From a virus, in IMG/VR virus record IMGVR_UViG_3300029571_000023, positions 1-38,997 of that record: a stretch of DNA of 38,997 bases. One strand, given 5' to 3'. Below, piece after piece: positions 1 to 9,130 of this stretch. Numbering within the stretch: position 1 is the stretch's first letter; the number at the start of each line of letters is the position of its first letter. Position numbers and translations under genes: made by a program. A model generated the notes under the pieces. The model was not told where the DNA came from, made no database searches, and worked only from the letters and a program-made list of their open reading frames with translations.

Positions 1-87
1 AAGACTGCACGTTTATAGCAAAGATGGACGCGCAGTCGGAACACGGAAAAGCTATCTTCGGAGGCGGGCTATTGCTTTCTGAGAAAG
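1..87. repeat. 87-bp terminal overlap identical to 38911..38997 (circular-assembly signature)
   Basis: Read directly: both copies are identical. The overlap lies inside a CDS, so it is an assembly overlap rather than a physical end. Confidence 0.95.
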
Positions 88-197
88 CTGCAGCCGAGAA
101 AGCTGCAGCCGAGAAAGCTGCAGCCGAGAAAGCTGCAGCGCACATTTGGGAACTGTCAGAACGGGAAAGGCATATTGTTGCAAAACTAGGTGAATAA
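1..197 (+). CDS. C-terminal end of the DNA methyltransferase that starts at 38301 (wraps the circular junction)
   Basis: The frame entering from 38301..38997 continues (codons at 3,6,...) to TAA 195-197: ..FIAKMDAQSEHGKAIFGGGLLLSEKAAAEKAAAEKAAAEKAAAHIWELSERERHIVAKLGE*. Confidence 0.7.
   Translation, partial: DCTFIAKMDAQSEHGKAIFGGGLLLSEKAAAEKAAAEKAAAEKAAAHIWELSERERHIVAKLGE
81..140 (+). repeat. 4 x 15-bp tandem repeat GAGAAAGCTGCAGCC, in frame, encoding (EKAAA)4
   Basis: Units at 81-95, 96-110, 111-125 and 126-140. The last unit differs by one synonymous base. Each unit carries CTGCAG. Confidence 0.95.
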
Positions 198-217
198 AAC
201 GAGGAAAGGCGGAGAAT

Positions 218-982
218 ATGGCAACGAGGCACAAGCGGCGGAAGTTTTCCGGCTGCGTCTGCGAGCAGATCGTATATACGGTATCGAGCGGCGCAGGCAT
301 GAGGACCAGCAAGCCGAAAAAGCCGCGCTTTCAGACGGAGTCGGAACGCGAAGAATTTAATCAAAAGATCTCCGCGGCGAAGTTTGCCGCGCTCGTCAAT
401 GCAAACTTCGGACCGACGAGCTTTTACTCTACCCTCACGCTAGATGCAGACAATGAGGTACACACCGCGCAGGAGATGCGCAGAATCCGGGATAATTATT
501 ACCGGCGACTGCTCTACCGCTATCCAGAGGCAAAGCTTGTGATTGTATACGGGCGGGGCAAATCGACAAACCGTTTTCACCTGCACATGATCACGGACGG
601 CATTCCGGTCGATGAGATCGGAATGCTATGGGGACTCGGCAGCGTGATTGACTGCAAACCGCTGAGAAAGCACAACTATTATGTAAACCAGAACGGCGAC
701 AAGGTTGACCATGGGCAGGACTACACAGCGCTGGCAAATTACCTGCACGGACACTGGCGCAAGGAGTTTGGCGGGCACCGCTGGAAAGCGAGCCGGAACT
801 GCGTCCGACCAGAGCCGGAACCAGCAACCGAGGCAGTGCGGGAGTACAGCCCGCAGCGCCCGCCAGTTGCGCCACGCGGGTACATTCTCGTCGAGGCGAG
901 AGCCACACAATACGGATTCCTATATTTTAAATATGTATGGGACCCCAAAAAAGAAGTACGCAAGCGACCGGGAGCCGCTTAA
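218..982 (+). CDS. HUH-superfamily Rep-like (rolling-circle initiator-like) protein
   Basis: 254 aa with three ordered motifs: FYSTLTLD (motif 1-like), RFHLHMITDG (HUH) and DYTALANYLHGHWRK (Tyr motif). Recognised by eye only. Confidence 0.45.
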   Translation: MATRHKRRKFSGCVCEQIVYTVSSGAGMRTSKPKKPRFQTESEREEFNQKISAAKFAALVNANFGPTSFYSTLTLDADNEVHTAQEMRRIRDNYYRRLLYRYPEAKLVIVYGRGKSTNRFHLHMITDGIPVDEIGMLWGLGSVIDCKPLRKHNYYVNQNGDKVDHGQDYTALANYLHGHWRKEFGGHRWKASRNCVRPEPEPATEAVREYSPQRPPVAPRGYILVEARATQYGFLYFKYVWDPKKEVRKRPGAA

Positions 983-1038
983 TTTAGCCCTTGTAAATGT
1001 GTAGGGTTTTAGAACGAAACACGGAAGGAGTTGAGCAA

Positions 1039-1443
1039 GTGTCAAAACCTCGTTACTGGTGGTACGGGAATGTCTGCCGCACCATCGGCGCATTCCCGAA
1101 ACTGGATCAACAGGTTCGGGACATGAGCCGCCAAAAGACAACGCCGGGCTATTCTTCGCAGCCAGGCGGGCGCTCTTCCGGTCGCGCCGTTGAGGACATC
1201 GCCGTGCGCGTCCTGTCCTCTCAGGAGTACCGGGACTATGAGGCGGTGAGCCGAGCCATCAACACAGCGCGGACATGGAGAGACGGCGCATCCGTGCTGG
1301 CGGTTGTATCCGCACATACATGGGGAAAGCGGCTGCGCTTTGATGAGATCGGGCGCGCCATGTACATGAGTACAGCATCGGCAAAGCGGCTGCATCAGCG
1401 TTTTGTCTATGAGGTCGCGCGGGAGCTGGGCTACAAAAGTTGA
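1039..1443 (+). CDS. Late-gene activator, sigma-70 region-4-like HTH (RinA/ArpU-like)
   Basis: GTG start 8 nt after GGAAGGAG. C-terminus ..RLRFDEIGRAMYMSTASAKRLHQRFVYEVARELGY is r4-like. It sits just upstream of HNH/terminase, as RinA-type regulators do. Confidence 0.5.
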   Translation: MSKPRYWWYGNVCRTIGAFPKLDQQVRDMSRQKTTPGYSSQPGGRSSGRAVEDIAVRVLSSQEYRDYEAVSRAINTARTWRDGASVLAVVSAHTWGKRLRFDEIGRAMYMSTASAKRLHQRFVYEVARELGYKS

Positions 1444-1501
1444 GCTAACACAGCCAAAAAAATGTGCTAGAGTTGTAGCGTGGAGAATCGGAGGGAAACA
1501 C

Positions 1502-1822
1502 ATGCAGCCATGGGCAGCAGGCTTTTATGCATCTGCGCGCTGGAAGAAATGCCGCGCCGGATATATCAAGTTCCGCAGGACAATTGACGGCGGGCTTTGT
1601 GAGGAGTGCAAAGACAAGCCGGGATACATCGTCCACCACAAACAGGCGCTCACACAGGACAACATCAAGGACCCGGAGGTCAGCCTGTCCTACGCAAACC
1701 TTGAGTATGTCTGCAAGGATTGCCACGACAAGTTTGACGGTCACGGCATTACAAAATCGCTGACGCAAAAAATATTTTTCGACGCCAACGGTGACCCGAT
1801 CCCCCCCGTCGCGCGAGGCTGA
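1502..1822 (+). CDS. HNH endonuclease (terminase-associated)
   Basis: ATG after GGAGGG. Motifs CEEC..GYIVHHK..N..LEYVCKDCHDK (Cys4 plus HNH core). The position before TerS is typical of HK97-like cos phages. Confidence 0.8.
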   Translation: MQPWAAGFYASARWKKCRAGYIKFRRTIDGGLCEECKDKPGYIVHHKQALTQDNIKDPEVSLSYANLEYVCKDCHDKFDGHGITKSLTQKIFFDANGDPIPPVARG

Positions 1823-1965
1823 GCCGGCAGCGGAATCACCGCAGCCCCGGGCTCGGAAGAATACGCAGGTCGTTCGCGAGCCCCCCCTCCAAAAGCGCGG
1901 CGATATGTAATACACGCGCACGCGCGGAGAGCGCGCAAAAATCACACGAAAAGGAGGCGCTTTTT
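1823..1965. other. Candidate cos / packaging-recognition region
   Basis: 143-bp non-coding gap between HNH and TerS with GC-rich symmetric elements (gcgcgcacgcgcggagagcgcgc) and a C7 run. Assigned by position only. Confidence 0.3.
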
Positions 1966-2346
1966 GTGGCGAATAAGCAGGAAAAGACGAAAGAACAGCG
2001 TATCCGCGCAGAGAAAGCGCGACTCAAGCGGATTTACAAAACGCTGCCGAAAGAAGCGGCGGGAACTGTCGCGGGGCTGATTGACCAGGCGGCTTTTATG
2101 CGCGTCGAGTGTGAGGACATGGCAGAGGACCTGCGGGAAAACGGATGGACGGAACCGTTCCGGCAATCGGAACGGCTGGAACCGTATGACCGGGCGCGCC
2201 CCATTGGTCAGGCGTACAACTCCACCAACGCGAACTACCAGAAAATCATCAAGCAGCTCACGACGCTCCTGCCGAAGCCGGACACCGCGCCGCGGCAGGA
2301 AGACGACGGATTTGGAAGTTTCGTCCGGGAGCGTGATGAAGCGTGA
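1966..2346 (+). CDS. terS: Terminase small subunit, P27-family-like
   Basis: GTG start after AGGAGG. 126 aa, basic N-terminus, central LIDQAAFMRVECEDMAEDL.. pattern. Overlaps the TerL start. Confidence 0.7.
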   Translation: MANKQEKTKEQRIRAEKARLKRIYKTLPKEAAGTVAGLIDQAAFMRVECEDMAEDLRENGWTEPFRQSERLEPYDRARPIGQAYNSTNANYQKIIKQLTTLLPKPDTAPRQEDDGFGSFVRERDEA

Positions 2347-4100
2347 ATCTCACACGATATCCGGAAACGTACAATCCGATACTCGAGTATTGGCAGGCTA
2401 TACAGGATGGGCGGGAAACCGTCAGCCTGAAAGTGCAGAAAACATACCGGCACGTTGTAGAACAGCTCGAAGCTACAGAATCTGAGTTTTACTACTCGCC
2501 GAAACGTGCCAACCATGTGCTTGAGTTTTTTGAGAACTACTGCCACCACTCCAAAGGCAAAGCGGGCGGGCAGCTCGTCAAATTAGAGCTTTGGGAAAAG
2601 GCTCTGCTGGCGACGATCTTTGGCTTTGTCGACATTGAGGGCAACCGGCAATATCACGAGGCGGTCCTGATTGTCGGCAAGAAAAACGGCAAGTCGCTGC
2701 TCGCGTCCGGCGTAGGGCTATATCTGCAAATGGCGGACGGAGAGGCAGGACCGGAGGTCTACGCGGTAGCCACAAAACGCGATCAGGCAAAGATCATCTG
2801 GCAAGAAGCAAGGCGCATGGTACAGAAGTCGCCGGCGCTGCGCAAACGGACGCGCTGCCTGGTCGGCGAGATAGACAGCGATTATAACGACGGCGTATTT
2901 AAGCCGCTATCGTCTGACAGCGACACGCTTGACGGCTTGAACATCCACGGCGCGATGATGGATGAGATCCACCAGTGGAAAAACGGGCGCCCGCTATATG
3001 ACATTATTGCCGATGGCGATCAGGCGCGCGCGCAGCCGCTGCGTTTTATCACGTCCACTGCGGGTGTTATCCGCGAGGACATCTACGACGAAAAGTACGA
3101 AGAAGCCGAGCGCATTATCAACGGCTATGAAGATCCGGACGGGTACCACGACCCGCGCCGGATTGCGTTTATCTATGAGCTTGACAAGCGCAGCGAGTGG
3201 ACCGATGAAGCCTGCTGGAAGAAAGCAAACCCGGGTCTCGGCACGATCAAGAGCTACACGGCGCTCAAGGAGCGCGTCGAGCGGGCAAAGAAGAATCCGG
3301 CGCTCGTCAGGAATCTCGTCTGCAAGGATTTCAACATACGCGAAACATCTTCCGAGGCGTGGCTCAACTTTGAACAGCTGGACAACCGAGACACCTTCCA
3401 GTTGGACAAAGAAAACCGCCGTATGATCTGGACACACCACATGACCGACGGGCAGACGCAGGAGCGAATCCTATCCTACCCGCGTTATGGCATCGGAGGC
3501 GCGGACCTCTCCAAGACGACGGACCTGACGGCGGGGAAGGTTCTGTTCCAGGTGCCGGAGTTACCGGACATCCTGTTTGTCCTCTCCATGTACTGGCTGC
3601 CGCAGGAGCTTTTGGAAAAGCGCGTGAATGAGGACAAGATACCGTATGACAAGTGGCATGAGCGCGGATTGGTCCGGCTATCAGAGGGAAACAAGATCCG
3701 ATATGAGGACGTAAAAACATGGTTTGTCGAGGTGCAGGAAGACCTCGATATTTTTATACCATTCGTCGGCTATGATGCATGGTCTGCGTCCTACTGGACA
3801 GACAGCATGGCAGACTACTTTGGAGCCGAAGCGATGATACCGGTGCACCAGGGCGTGAAGACCCTGTCCGAGCCGATGAAGCGCTGCGGAAATGATCTGG
3901 AGTCCAAGCGGATTGTGTACAACAACAATCCAGTTGACAAGTGGTGCCTTGCAAACACCGCTTACGACGAGGACAAAAACGGCAATATCCAGCCGCACAA
4001 AACGAACAAGTCGACACGCCGCATAGACGGCACGGCGGCGCTGCTCGACGCCTACGCGATCTACGATCAAAAGCAGGCGGAATACACAAGTATGCTCTAG
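2343..4100 (+). CDS. terL: Terminase large subunit
   Basis: 585 aa. Walker A-like VGKKNGKS, DEIHQW (Walker B-like), C-terminal nuclease region. Canonical position. Confidence 0.9.
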   Translation: MNLTRYPETYNPILEYWQAIQDGRETVSLKVQKTYRHVVEQLEATESEFYYSPKRANHVLEFFENYCHHSKGKAGGQLVKLELWEKALLATIFGFVDIEGNRQYHEAVLIVGKKNGKSLLASGVGLYLQMADGEAGPEVYAVATKRDQAKIIWQEARRMVQKSPALRKRTRCLVGEIDSDYNDGVFKPLSSDSDTLDGLNIHGAMMDEIHQWKNGRPLYDIIADGDQARAQPLRFITSTAGVIREDIYDEKYEEAERIINGYEDPDGYHDPRRIAFIYELDKRSEWTDEACWKKANPGLGTIKSYTALKERVERAKKNPALVRNLVCKDFNIRETSSEAWLNFEQLDNRDTFQLDKENRRMIWTHHMTDGQTQERILSYPRYGIGGADLSKTTDLTAGKVLFQVPELPDILFVLSMYWLPQELLEKRVNEDKIPYDKWHERGLVRLSEGNKIRYEDVKTWFVEVQEDLDIFIPFVGYDAWSASYWTDSMADYFGAEAMIPVHQGVKTLSEPMKRCGNDLESKRIVYNNNPVDKWCLANTAYDEDKNGNIQPHKTNKSTRRIDGTAALLDAYAIYDQKQAEYTSML

Positions 4101-4110
4101 GAGTGACAAC

Positions 4111-5313
4111 ATGGGATTTTTTAAAAACCTCCTCGAAAACATCACAACGACAAAGCGTGTCTCGACCGTGCAAATGGTACAGGAGCGCGGAAACGGCTTT
4201 TACAGCTACAACGGCAAAATGTATCAGTCGGACATTGTCCGCGCTTGCATCCGCCCGAAGATCAAGGCAATCGGAAAGCTGACGGCAAAGCACATCCGGG
4301 AGACGATCACCGCAGACGCGCGGAAGATTGCCGTCAATCCGGAGCCGTATATCCGGTTTTTGCTGGAGGAGCCGAACCAATACATGACGGGGCAGCTGTT
4401 GCAGGAAAAGCTTGCTGCGCAGCTGATTCTCAACAACAACGCTTTTGCCGTTATCATGCGCGACGAAAACGGATTTCCGAACGCCATATTCCCGGTTGCG
4501 GCGATGCAGGCGGACGCCGTCTATGACGCGGGCGGGAATCTATACCTGAAATTTTACATGCAAAACGGGAACGTCCTGACGTTCGCCTACGACGATGTGA
4601 TCCACCTGCGCGGGGATTTTTACGAAAACGACATCTTCGGAGACCCGATCGCGCCGGCAATCGTGCCGCTGATGGAGATTGTCACAACGACGGATCAGGG
4701 CATCGTCAAGGCAATCCGGAACAGCGCCGTCGTACGGTGGCTGCTGATGTTCGCCTCGTCGATGCGTTCGGAGGATATCAAGCAGCGGGCGCAGGACTTT
4801 GCAGATAGCTTTCTAAACGTGTCGAACGGAACAGGCGTTGCGGCGGTCGACGCAAAGGCAGAGGCAAAGCAGATTGACCCGAAGGATTATGTGCCAAACG
4901 CGCAGCAGATGGACAAGACCACGCAGCGCATTTATGCCCTGTTTAACACCAACCAGCAGATTGTCACGTCGATTGCCAACGAAAACGAGCAGAATGCCTA
5001 TTTTGATGCCGAGATTGAGCCGGTCCTGAAACAGCTGAGTGGTGAGTACACCCGCAAACTATTTTCAAGGCGCGAGCGCGGCTGCGGAAACCGCATCGTT
5101 TTTGAGGCGTCGGCGTGGGATTTTGCGTCGACAACAACAAAGCTAAATCTGCTGCAAATGGTCGACCGCGGCGCGCTGACGCCAAACGAGTGGAGGCGCG
5201 CCTTTAATCTCGCTCCGGTTGACGGCGGAGATAAGCCGATTCGCAGGCTTGACACGCAGCCGGTCGACCGGAATACAACGCAGATCACGCAGAAGGGAGA
5301 TGATAACGCATGA
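4111..5313 (+). CDS. Portal protein (HK97-family-like)
   Basis: 400 aa directly after TerL, SD TAGGAGTG, followed by the protease and capsid genes. Confidence 0.85.
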   Translation: MGFFKNLLENITTTKRVSTVQMVQERGNGFYSYNGKMYQSDIVRACIRPKIKAIGKLTAKHIRETITADARKIAVNPEPYIRFLLEEPNQYMTGQLLQEKLAAQLILNNNAFAVIMRDENGFPNAIFPVAAMQADAVYDAGGNLYLKFYMQNGNVLTFAYDDVIHLRGDFYENDIFGDPIAPAIVPLMEIVTTTDQGIVKAIRNSAVVRWLLMFASSMRSEDIKQRAQDFADSFLNVSNGTGVAAVDAKAEAKQIDPKDYVPNAQQMDKTTQRIYALFNTNQQIVTSIANENEQNAYFDAEIEPVLKQLSGEYTRKLFSRRERGCGNRIVFEASAWDFASTTTKLNLLQMVDRGALTPNEWRRAFNLAPVDGGDKPIRRLDTQPVDRNTTQITQKGDDNA

Positions 5314-6005
5314 AGATCAGCATTCGCGGACCGATTGTGTCCAGCAACACACACCGATTTTACCAGTTTTACGGGATGGAGGCGACAAGCCCGAAATCCG
5401 TAGCAGATGCGCTTGCAAAAGGCGCGGGAGAGCGGGCGGAAGTGGAAATCAACTCGGGCGGCGGCGAAATTTTCGCGGCAAGCGAGATATACACAGCGCT
5501 GCGCAATTACGCCGGCGGCGTACACATCCGCATTGTCGGGTTGGCGGCGTCCGCCGCGTCGATCATTGCGATGGCAGGCGAGTCGGAAATGACGCCGACC
5601 GGAATGATGATGATCCACAACGTACAGACGAGCGCCGACGGTGACTACCGCCAGATGGAGCATACCGCAGGGGTCCTGCGGGACGCCAACCACGCGATCA
5701 CGTTGGCGTACATGGCAAAGACCGGGAGGCCCGAGCAGGAAATTGCCGCCATGATGGATGCGGAAACGTGGATCACGGCAGACAGGGCGGTGGAGCTGGG
5801 ACTCGTTGACCGGGTAATGGAGCTGGGCGGTGAGCAGAAGCCGCTGGCGGCAGACTTTTACTCCGGCATGCTCAGCGAGGACGCGCTGCGGCGCGCAGAG
5901 AATTTCATGAAAAGCCAGGCAAAAGAGCCTGGTTTTTTTATGCCCGAGCGGGCGCAGGTAGAAGCAAAACTGAAATTTTTAAAACTTAAAGGAGAACTAA
6001 AATGA
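5310..6005 (+). CDS. Prohead serine protease, ClpP-like (S14)
   Basis: EINSGGGEIFAASEIY..GLAASAASIIAMAG..MMMIHN is a ClpP-family signature. Lies between portal and capsid. Confidence 0.85.
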   Translation: MKISIRGPIVSSNTHRFYQFYGMEATSPKSVADALAKGAGERAEVEINSGGGEIFAASEIYTALRNYAGGVHIRIVGLAASAASIIAMAGESEMTPTGMMMIHNVQTSADGDYRQMEHTAGVLRDANHAITLAYMAKTGRPEQEIAAMMDAETWITADRAVELGLVDRVMELGGEQKPLAADFYSGMLSEDALRRAENFMKSQAKEPGFFMPERAQVEAKLKFLKLKGELK

Positions 6006-7216
6006 CGAAAGAACTTTACAACACCAAGCGCAAGCAGCTCATGGACGAAGCCCAGAAGCTGCTGGACGAAAGCAAGACTGCCGAGGCGCAGGCAAAAATG
6101 AAGGAAGTCGAAGAACTCGACGCCAAGTTTGAGGAAGAGGCAAAGATTCAGGCGAACCTCAACGCCCTCGCAGGCGCGCAGGCGCAGAACCCGGCAGCCG
6201 CGGCGCAGTCCGTCAACCTGACCGGAAGCGCAAAGCCGCAGGAAGCGCTCGACATGTACGACACAGACGACTACAAGCGAGCCTTCATGAACTACGTCCT
6301 TGCGGGCAAGAAGATCCCCGCCGAGCTGACCAACGCAGACGCAAACACGAAGACCTCCGACGTCGGCGCGGCGATTCCGACGACCACGCTCCAGAAGATC
6401 TACGAAAAGATCGAGTCGACAGGCATGATTCTGCCGCGCGTGACGCACACGTCCTACAAGGGCGGCGTGACGGTGCCGACCAGCTCGGCGAAGCCGACCG
6501 CATCGTGGGTCAGTGAGGGAGTAGGCTCTGACAAGCAGAAAAAGGCGCTCGGCTCCATCACGTTTGCCTATCACAAACTGCGCTGCGCGATCTCCATGTC
6601 GCTGGAAGTGTCCATCGTGACATATCCGATGTTTGAATCGCAGTTTGTGGCAAACGTCGCAGAGGCGATGGTAAAAGCGGAGGAGCAGGCAATCATCAGC
6701 GGCTCCGGCTCCGGGCAGCCGAAAGGCATCATCAAGGAGACCGTTGTGACTGGTCAGAACATCGACATTGCGGCAGCGACTACGGCTATCGCCTACACCG
6801 ACCTTGTCAAGGCGGAGGCAGCACTCCCGCAGGCATACGACACCGACGCGGTGTGGTGCATGACGAAGAAGACCTTCTTCGAGCAGATTGTCGGCATGGT
6901 CGACGACAAGAAGCAGCCCGTCGCTCGCGTCAATTACGGAATGAGCGGCAAGCCGGTCTACTCGCTCTTCGGGCGCGAGGTCGTCCTCGTCGGCGACTAT
7001 CTGCCGTCCTTCGCAGCGAGCGTGACTGCGGATACAATCTTCGCCTTTATTTTCAATTTCAAGGATTACCTCTGGAATGAGAATCTCGGCATGACGTTCC
7101 GCAAGTACACCGATAACGCAACCGACGACGAAGTGACCGTTGCGCTGGCGCTCGTCGACGGCAAGGTGGTCGACAAAAACAGCCTCGTAACGCTGACCAA
7201 GAAAAAGGCGGGCTAA
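6002..7216 (+). CDS. Major capsid protein, HK97-type, with N-terminal delta/scaffold-like coiled coil
   Basis: 404 aa. E/K/A-rich helical N-terminus, then a typical HK97 MCP body. SD AAAGGAG. Confidence 0.85.
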   Translation: MTKELYNTKRKQLMDEAQKLLDESKTAEAQAKMKEVEELDAKFEEEAKIQANLNALAGAQAQNPAAAAQSVNLTGSAKPQEALDMYDTDDYKRAFMNYVLAGKKIPAELTNADANTKTSDVGAAIPTTTLQKIYEKIESTGMILPRVTHTSYKGGVTVPTSSAKPTASWVSEGVGSDKQKKALGSITFAYHKLRCAISMSLEVSIVTYPMFESQFVANVAEAMVKAEEQAIISGSGSGQPKGIIKETVVTGQNIDIAAATTAIAYTDLVKAEAALPQAYDTDAVWCMTKKTFFEQIVGMVDDKKQPVARVNYGMSGKPVYSLFGREVVLVGDYLPSFAASVTADTIFAFIFNFKDYLWNENLGMTFRKYTDNATDDEVTVALALVDGKVVDKNSLVTLTKKKAG

Positions 7217-7245
7217 ACACAAGAGCCAACAGGGAGGGATAGACA

Positions 7246-7533
7246 ATGACATTACTGGACGTTGCGAAAACCGCCCTGCGGCTGAGTACGACCGCGCTTG
7301 ACGGAGAAATTTCCGATGAGGTCGACGCCTGCCTGCTGCGCCTGCATATCGCGGGCGCAGCGGGCGCAGACGAGGACCCGCTAGTAAAAGACGCGGTTCG
7401 CGCCTATGTCCGCTGGCAGCACGATTTCTGCGGGCGCGGCAGCGAATGGAAAGCTTGCTTTGAGGAGCTGCGAGACGCGATGGGATTGTCGGACGATTAC
7501 CGGCAGACAGGAGGCGCGGGCAATGATCTTTGA
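7246..7533 (+). CDS. Head-tail connector (gp6-like)
   Basis: 95 aa. LDVAKTALRLSTTALDGEISD.. pattern. First gene after the capsid gene. Confidence 0.6.
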   Translation: MTLLDVAKTALRLSTTALDGEISDEVDACLLRLHIAGAAGADEDPLVKDAVRAYVRWQHDFCGRGSEWKACFEELRDAMGLSDDYRQTGGAGNDL

Positions 7534-7825
7534 TACACAGATCACGCTGCGCCTGCTGTCCTACCCTATCGTGAGCGGGAAGACAACAGAAAAACTGGAG
7601 CGGGAAACTACTGTCTGGGCGGCGCGGAAATCCGTCAACCGCGCGGAATACTACCAGGCGGCGCAGGCGGGAAAGCAGACGGACGCGATCTTCCGGATGC
7701 ACAGTGCGGAATACCGGGGTGAGCAGCAGCTCGCCTGCGGCTCGGACGTCTTTGACGTGGTCCGCAGCTATGGAGCCGAGACGGAGGAGATTGAGCTGAC
7801 CTGCAAACGGAGGGACGGAGCATGA
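7523..7825 (+). CDS. Head closure / head-tail adaptor protein
   Basis: ATG 7523 after AGGAGG (the track ORF starts too early at 7406). About 100 aa, conserved position. Confidence 0.55.
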   Translation: MIFDTQITLRLLSYPIVSGKTTEKLERETTVWAARKSVNRAEYYQAAQAGKQTDAIFRMHSAEYRGEQQLACGSDVFDVVRSYGAETEEIELTCKRRDGA

Positions 7826-8145
7826 TGATCTATGAAGCGCTTGCCGACATCGGCGTTCCGGTGTGCCATCCACCATACAAGGGCGCGGAGGAAACGTACA
7901 TCACGTATCAGCTGCTCGGGCAATCCGGGCAAATATACGCCGAGGGGCGAGAGGCGGAAACCGGCGCAGCGTATGCCGTATCCATCTTTGCCGAGGGCTT
8001 TGCAGCAGATCTCCTGCGGCGGACGAAAGCGGCGCTGGAAAGCGCGGGCTATATCGTGACCGTAGACATGGAGAGCTACGACAAGGACACTGGGCGCACG
8101 CAGATTGCGCTCATTGCGGAGATGGAGGGCGCTGTGTATGGCTAA
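7822..8145 (+). CDS. Head-tail joining protein (unassigned family)
   Basis: 107 aa, start/stop coupled to its neighbours in the connector block. Confidence 0.4.
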   Translation: MMIYEALADIGVPVCHPPYKGAEETYITYQLLGQSGQIYAEGREAETGAAYAVSIFAEGFAADLLRRTKAALESAGYIVTVDMESYDKDTGRTQIALIAEMEGAVYG

Positions 8146-8566
8146 GTTCGAAACCTCCGGGCTGGACAAGATGATGGCGACGCTGCAGGACGTGGACGTT
8201 CTCGATGAGGCAACGATCAAAGAAATGATGGACGCGGCAGGCGAAATTCTGGTTGCGGAAATCAAAAAGCGCGTAGCGCAAAGCGGTTTTGCAACGGAAG
8301 ACTACGTAAAAAGCATCAAAGCGACGAAGATTAAGCGGAACAAATACGGCGAGCCGTATATTCAGGTGACGTCCGTAGGCAAAAACAAGCATGGTGTGCG
8401 CCGAGCCGCCGTGCTTTTTGTTTTGAATTACGGGCGCGGACCGGCGTACGGCAAAATCAGCGGAACGTATTTCTGGACCAAAGGATCGAAAGCCGCAGAA
8501 AGTCAAGTGGACAAAGAGTTGGAGGATATCCTCACAAAAAAGCTGAAAGAAAGGGGCTTATTATAA
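8138..8566 (+). CDS. HK97 gp10-like tail-completion protein
   Basis: ATG 8138. MAKFETSGLDKMMATLQD.. is a gp10-like N-terminus. Precedes the major tail gene. Confidence 0.6.
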   Translation: MAKFETSGLDKMMATLQDVDVLDEATIKEMMDAAGEILVAEIKKRVAQSGFATEDYVKSIKATKIKRNKYGEPYIQVTSVGKNKHGVRRAAVLFVLNYGRGPAYGKISGTYFWTKGSKAAESQVDKELEDILTKKLKERGLL

Positions 8567-9130
8567 ATGCCGAGTTTTGATTTACGCGGTATCCGGGCGG
8601 GCAAGTACAAAAACACGTCCGGAACTGTATCTTACGAAAATCCGACGGACGTCGGCGATGCCATGAGCGCACAGCTCGACCTGAGGTTTGCCGAGGGCAG
8701 GCTCTATGCAGAGTCGAAGCTGGCGGAGTACATCAAACTTGCAACCGGCGGCACTATCTCGCTGGCAGTCAAGTACATCAAGAAGGCAGCGCAGGCAATG
8801 CTCTACGGCTGCACGACGGACACAAGCAAGGAAAACATCAAGTTCTCCGCCAAGGACGTGGCAAACTACGTGGGCGTCGGATTTTACGCGCCGGACAAGG
8901 TAGACGGCGTGACGAAATACACCTGCGTCTGGGTGCCAAAAGCGCTGTTTGGTCCGCCATCGATGGCGTACCAGACGAAGGGAGAAAACATCCAGTTCAA
9001 CACGCCAACCACGACCGGCGAATTCCTCGCGGACGATTCCGCCGACGAGTTGCTGCTCGAGACCGAGACCGTCGATACCGCGGCAGATGCGGTCACGTGG
9101 ATCAAAGGAAAGCTGGGTGAGACGCAATGA
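8567..9130 (+). CDS. Major tail protein (phi13/TP901-1-like)
   Basis: 187 aa, SD AAAGGGG. Immediately upstream of the chaperone pair and the tape measure. Confidence 0.7.
   Translation: MPSFDLRGIRAGKYKNTSGTVSYENPTDVGDAMSAQLDLRFAEGRLYAESKLAEYIKLATGGTISLAVKYIKKAAQAMLYGCTTDTSKENIKFSAKDVANYVGVGFYAPDKVDGVTKYTCVWVPKALFGPPSMAYQTKGENIQFNTPTTTGEFLADDSADELLLETETVDTAADAVTWIKGKLGETQ

Noticed and set aside
1-87. Genuine direct terminal repeat (DTR) of the virion DNA
   Set aside because: The repeat lies in the middle of a methyltransferase ORF. The HNH/P27-TerS machinery predicts cohesive ends near 1823-1965. An exact overlap of this kind looks like an assembler artefact.
5858-7876. 672-aa minus-strand ORF antisense to the capsid and connector genes
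   Set aside because: It overlaps the clearly recognisable HK97-type capsid gene. The product is Arg-rich and low-complexity, which marks a high-GC antisense artefact. The same applies to 12449..13363(-), 10705..11562(-), 19747..20601(-), 22207..23085(-) and 23337..24101(-).
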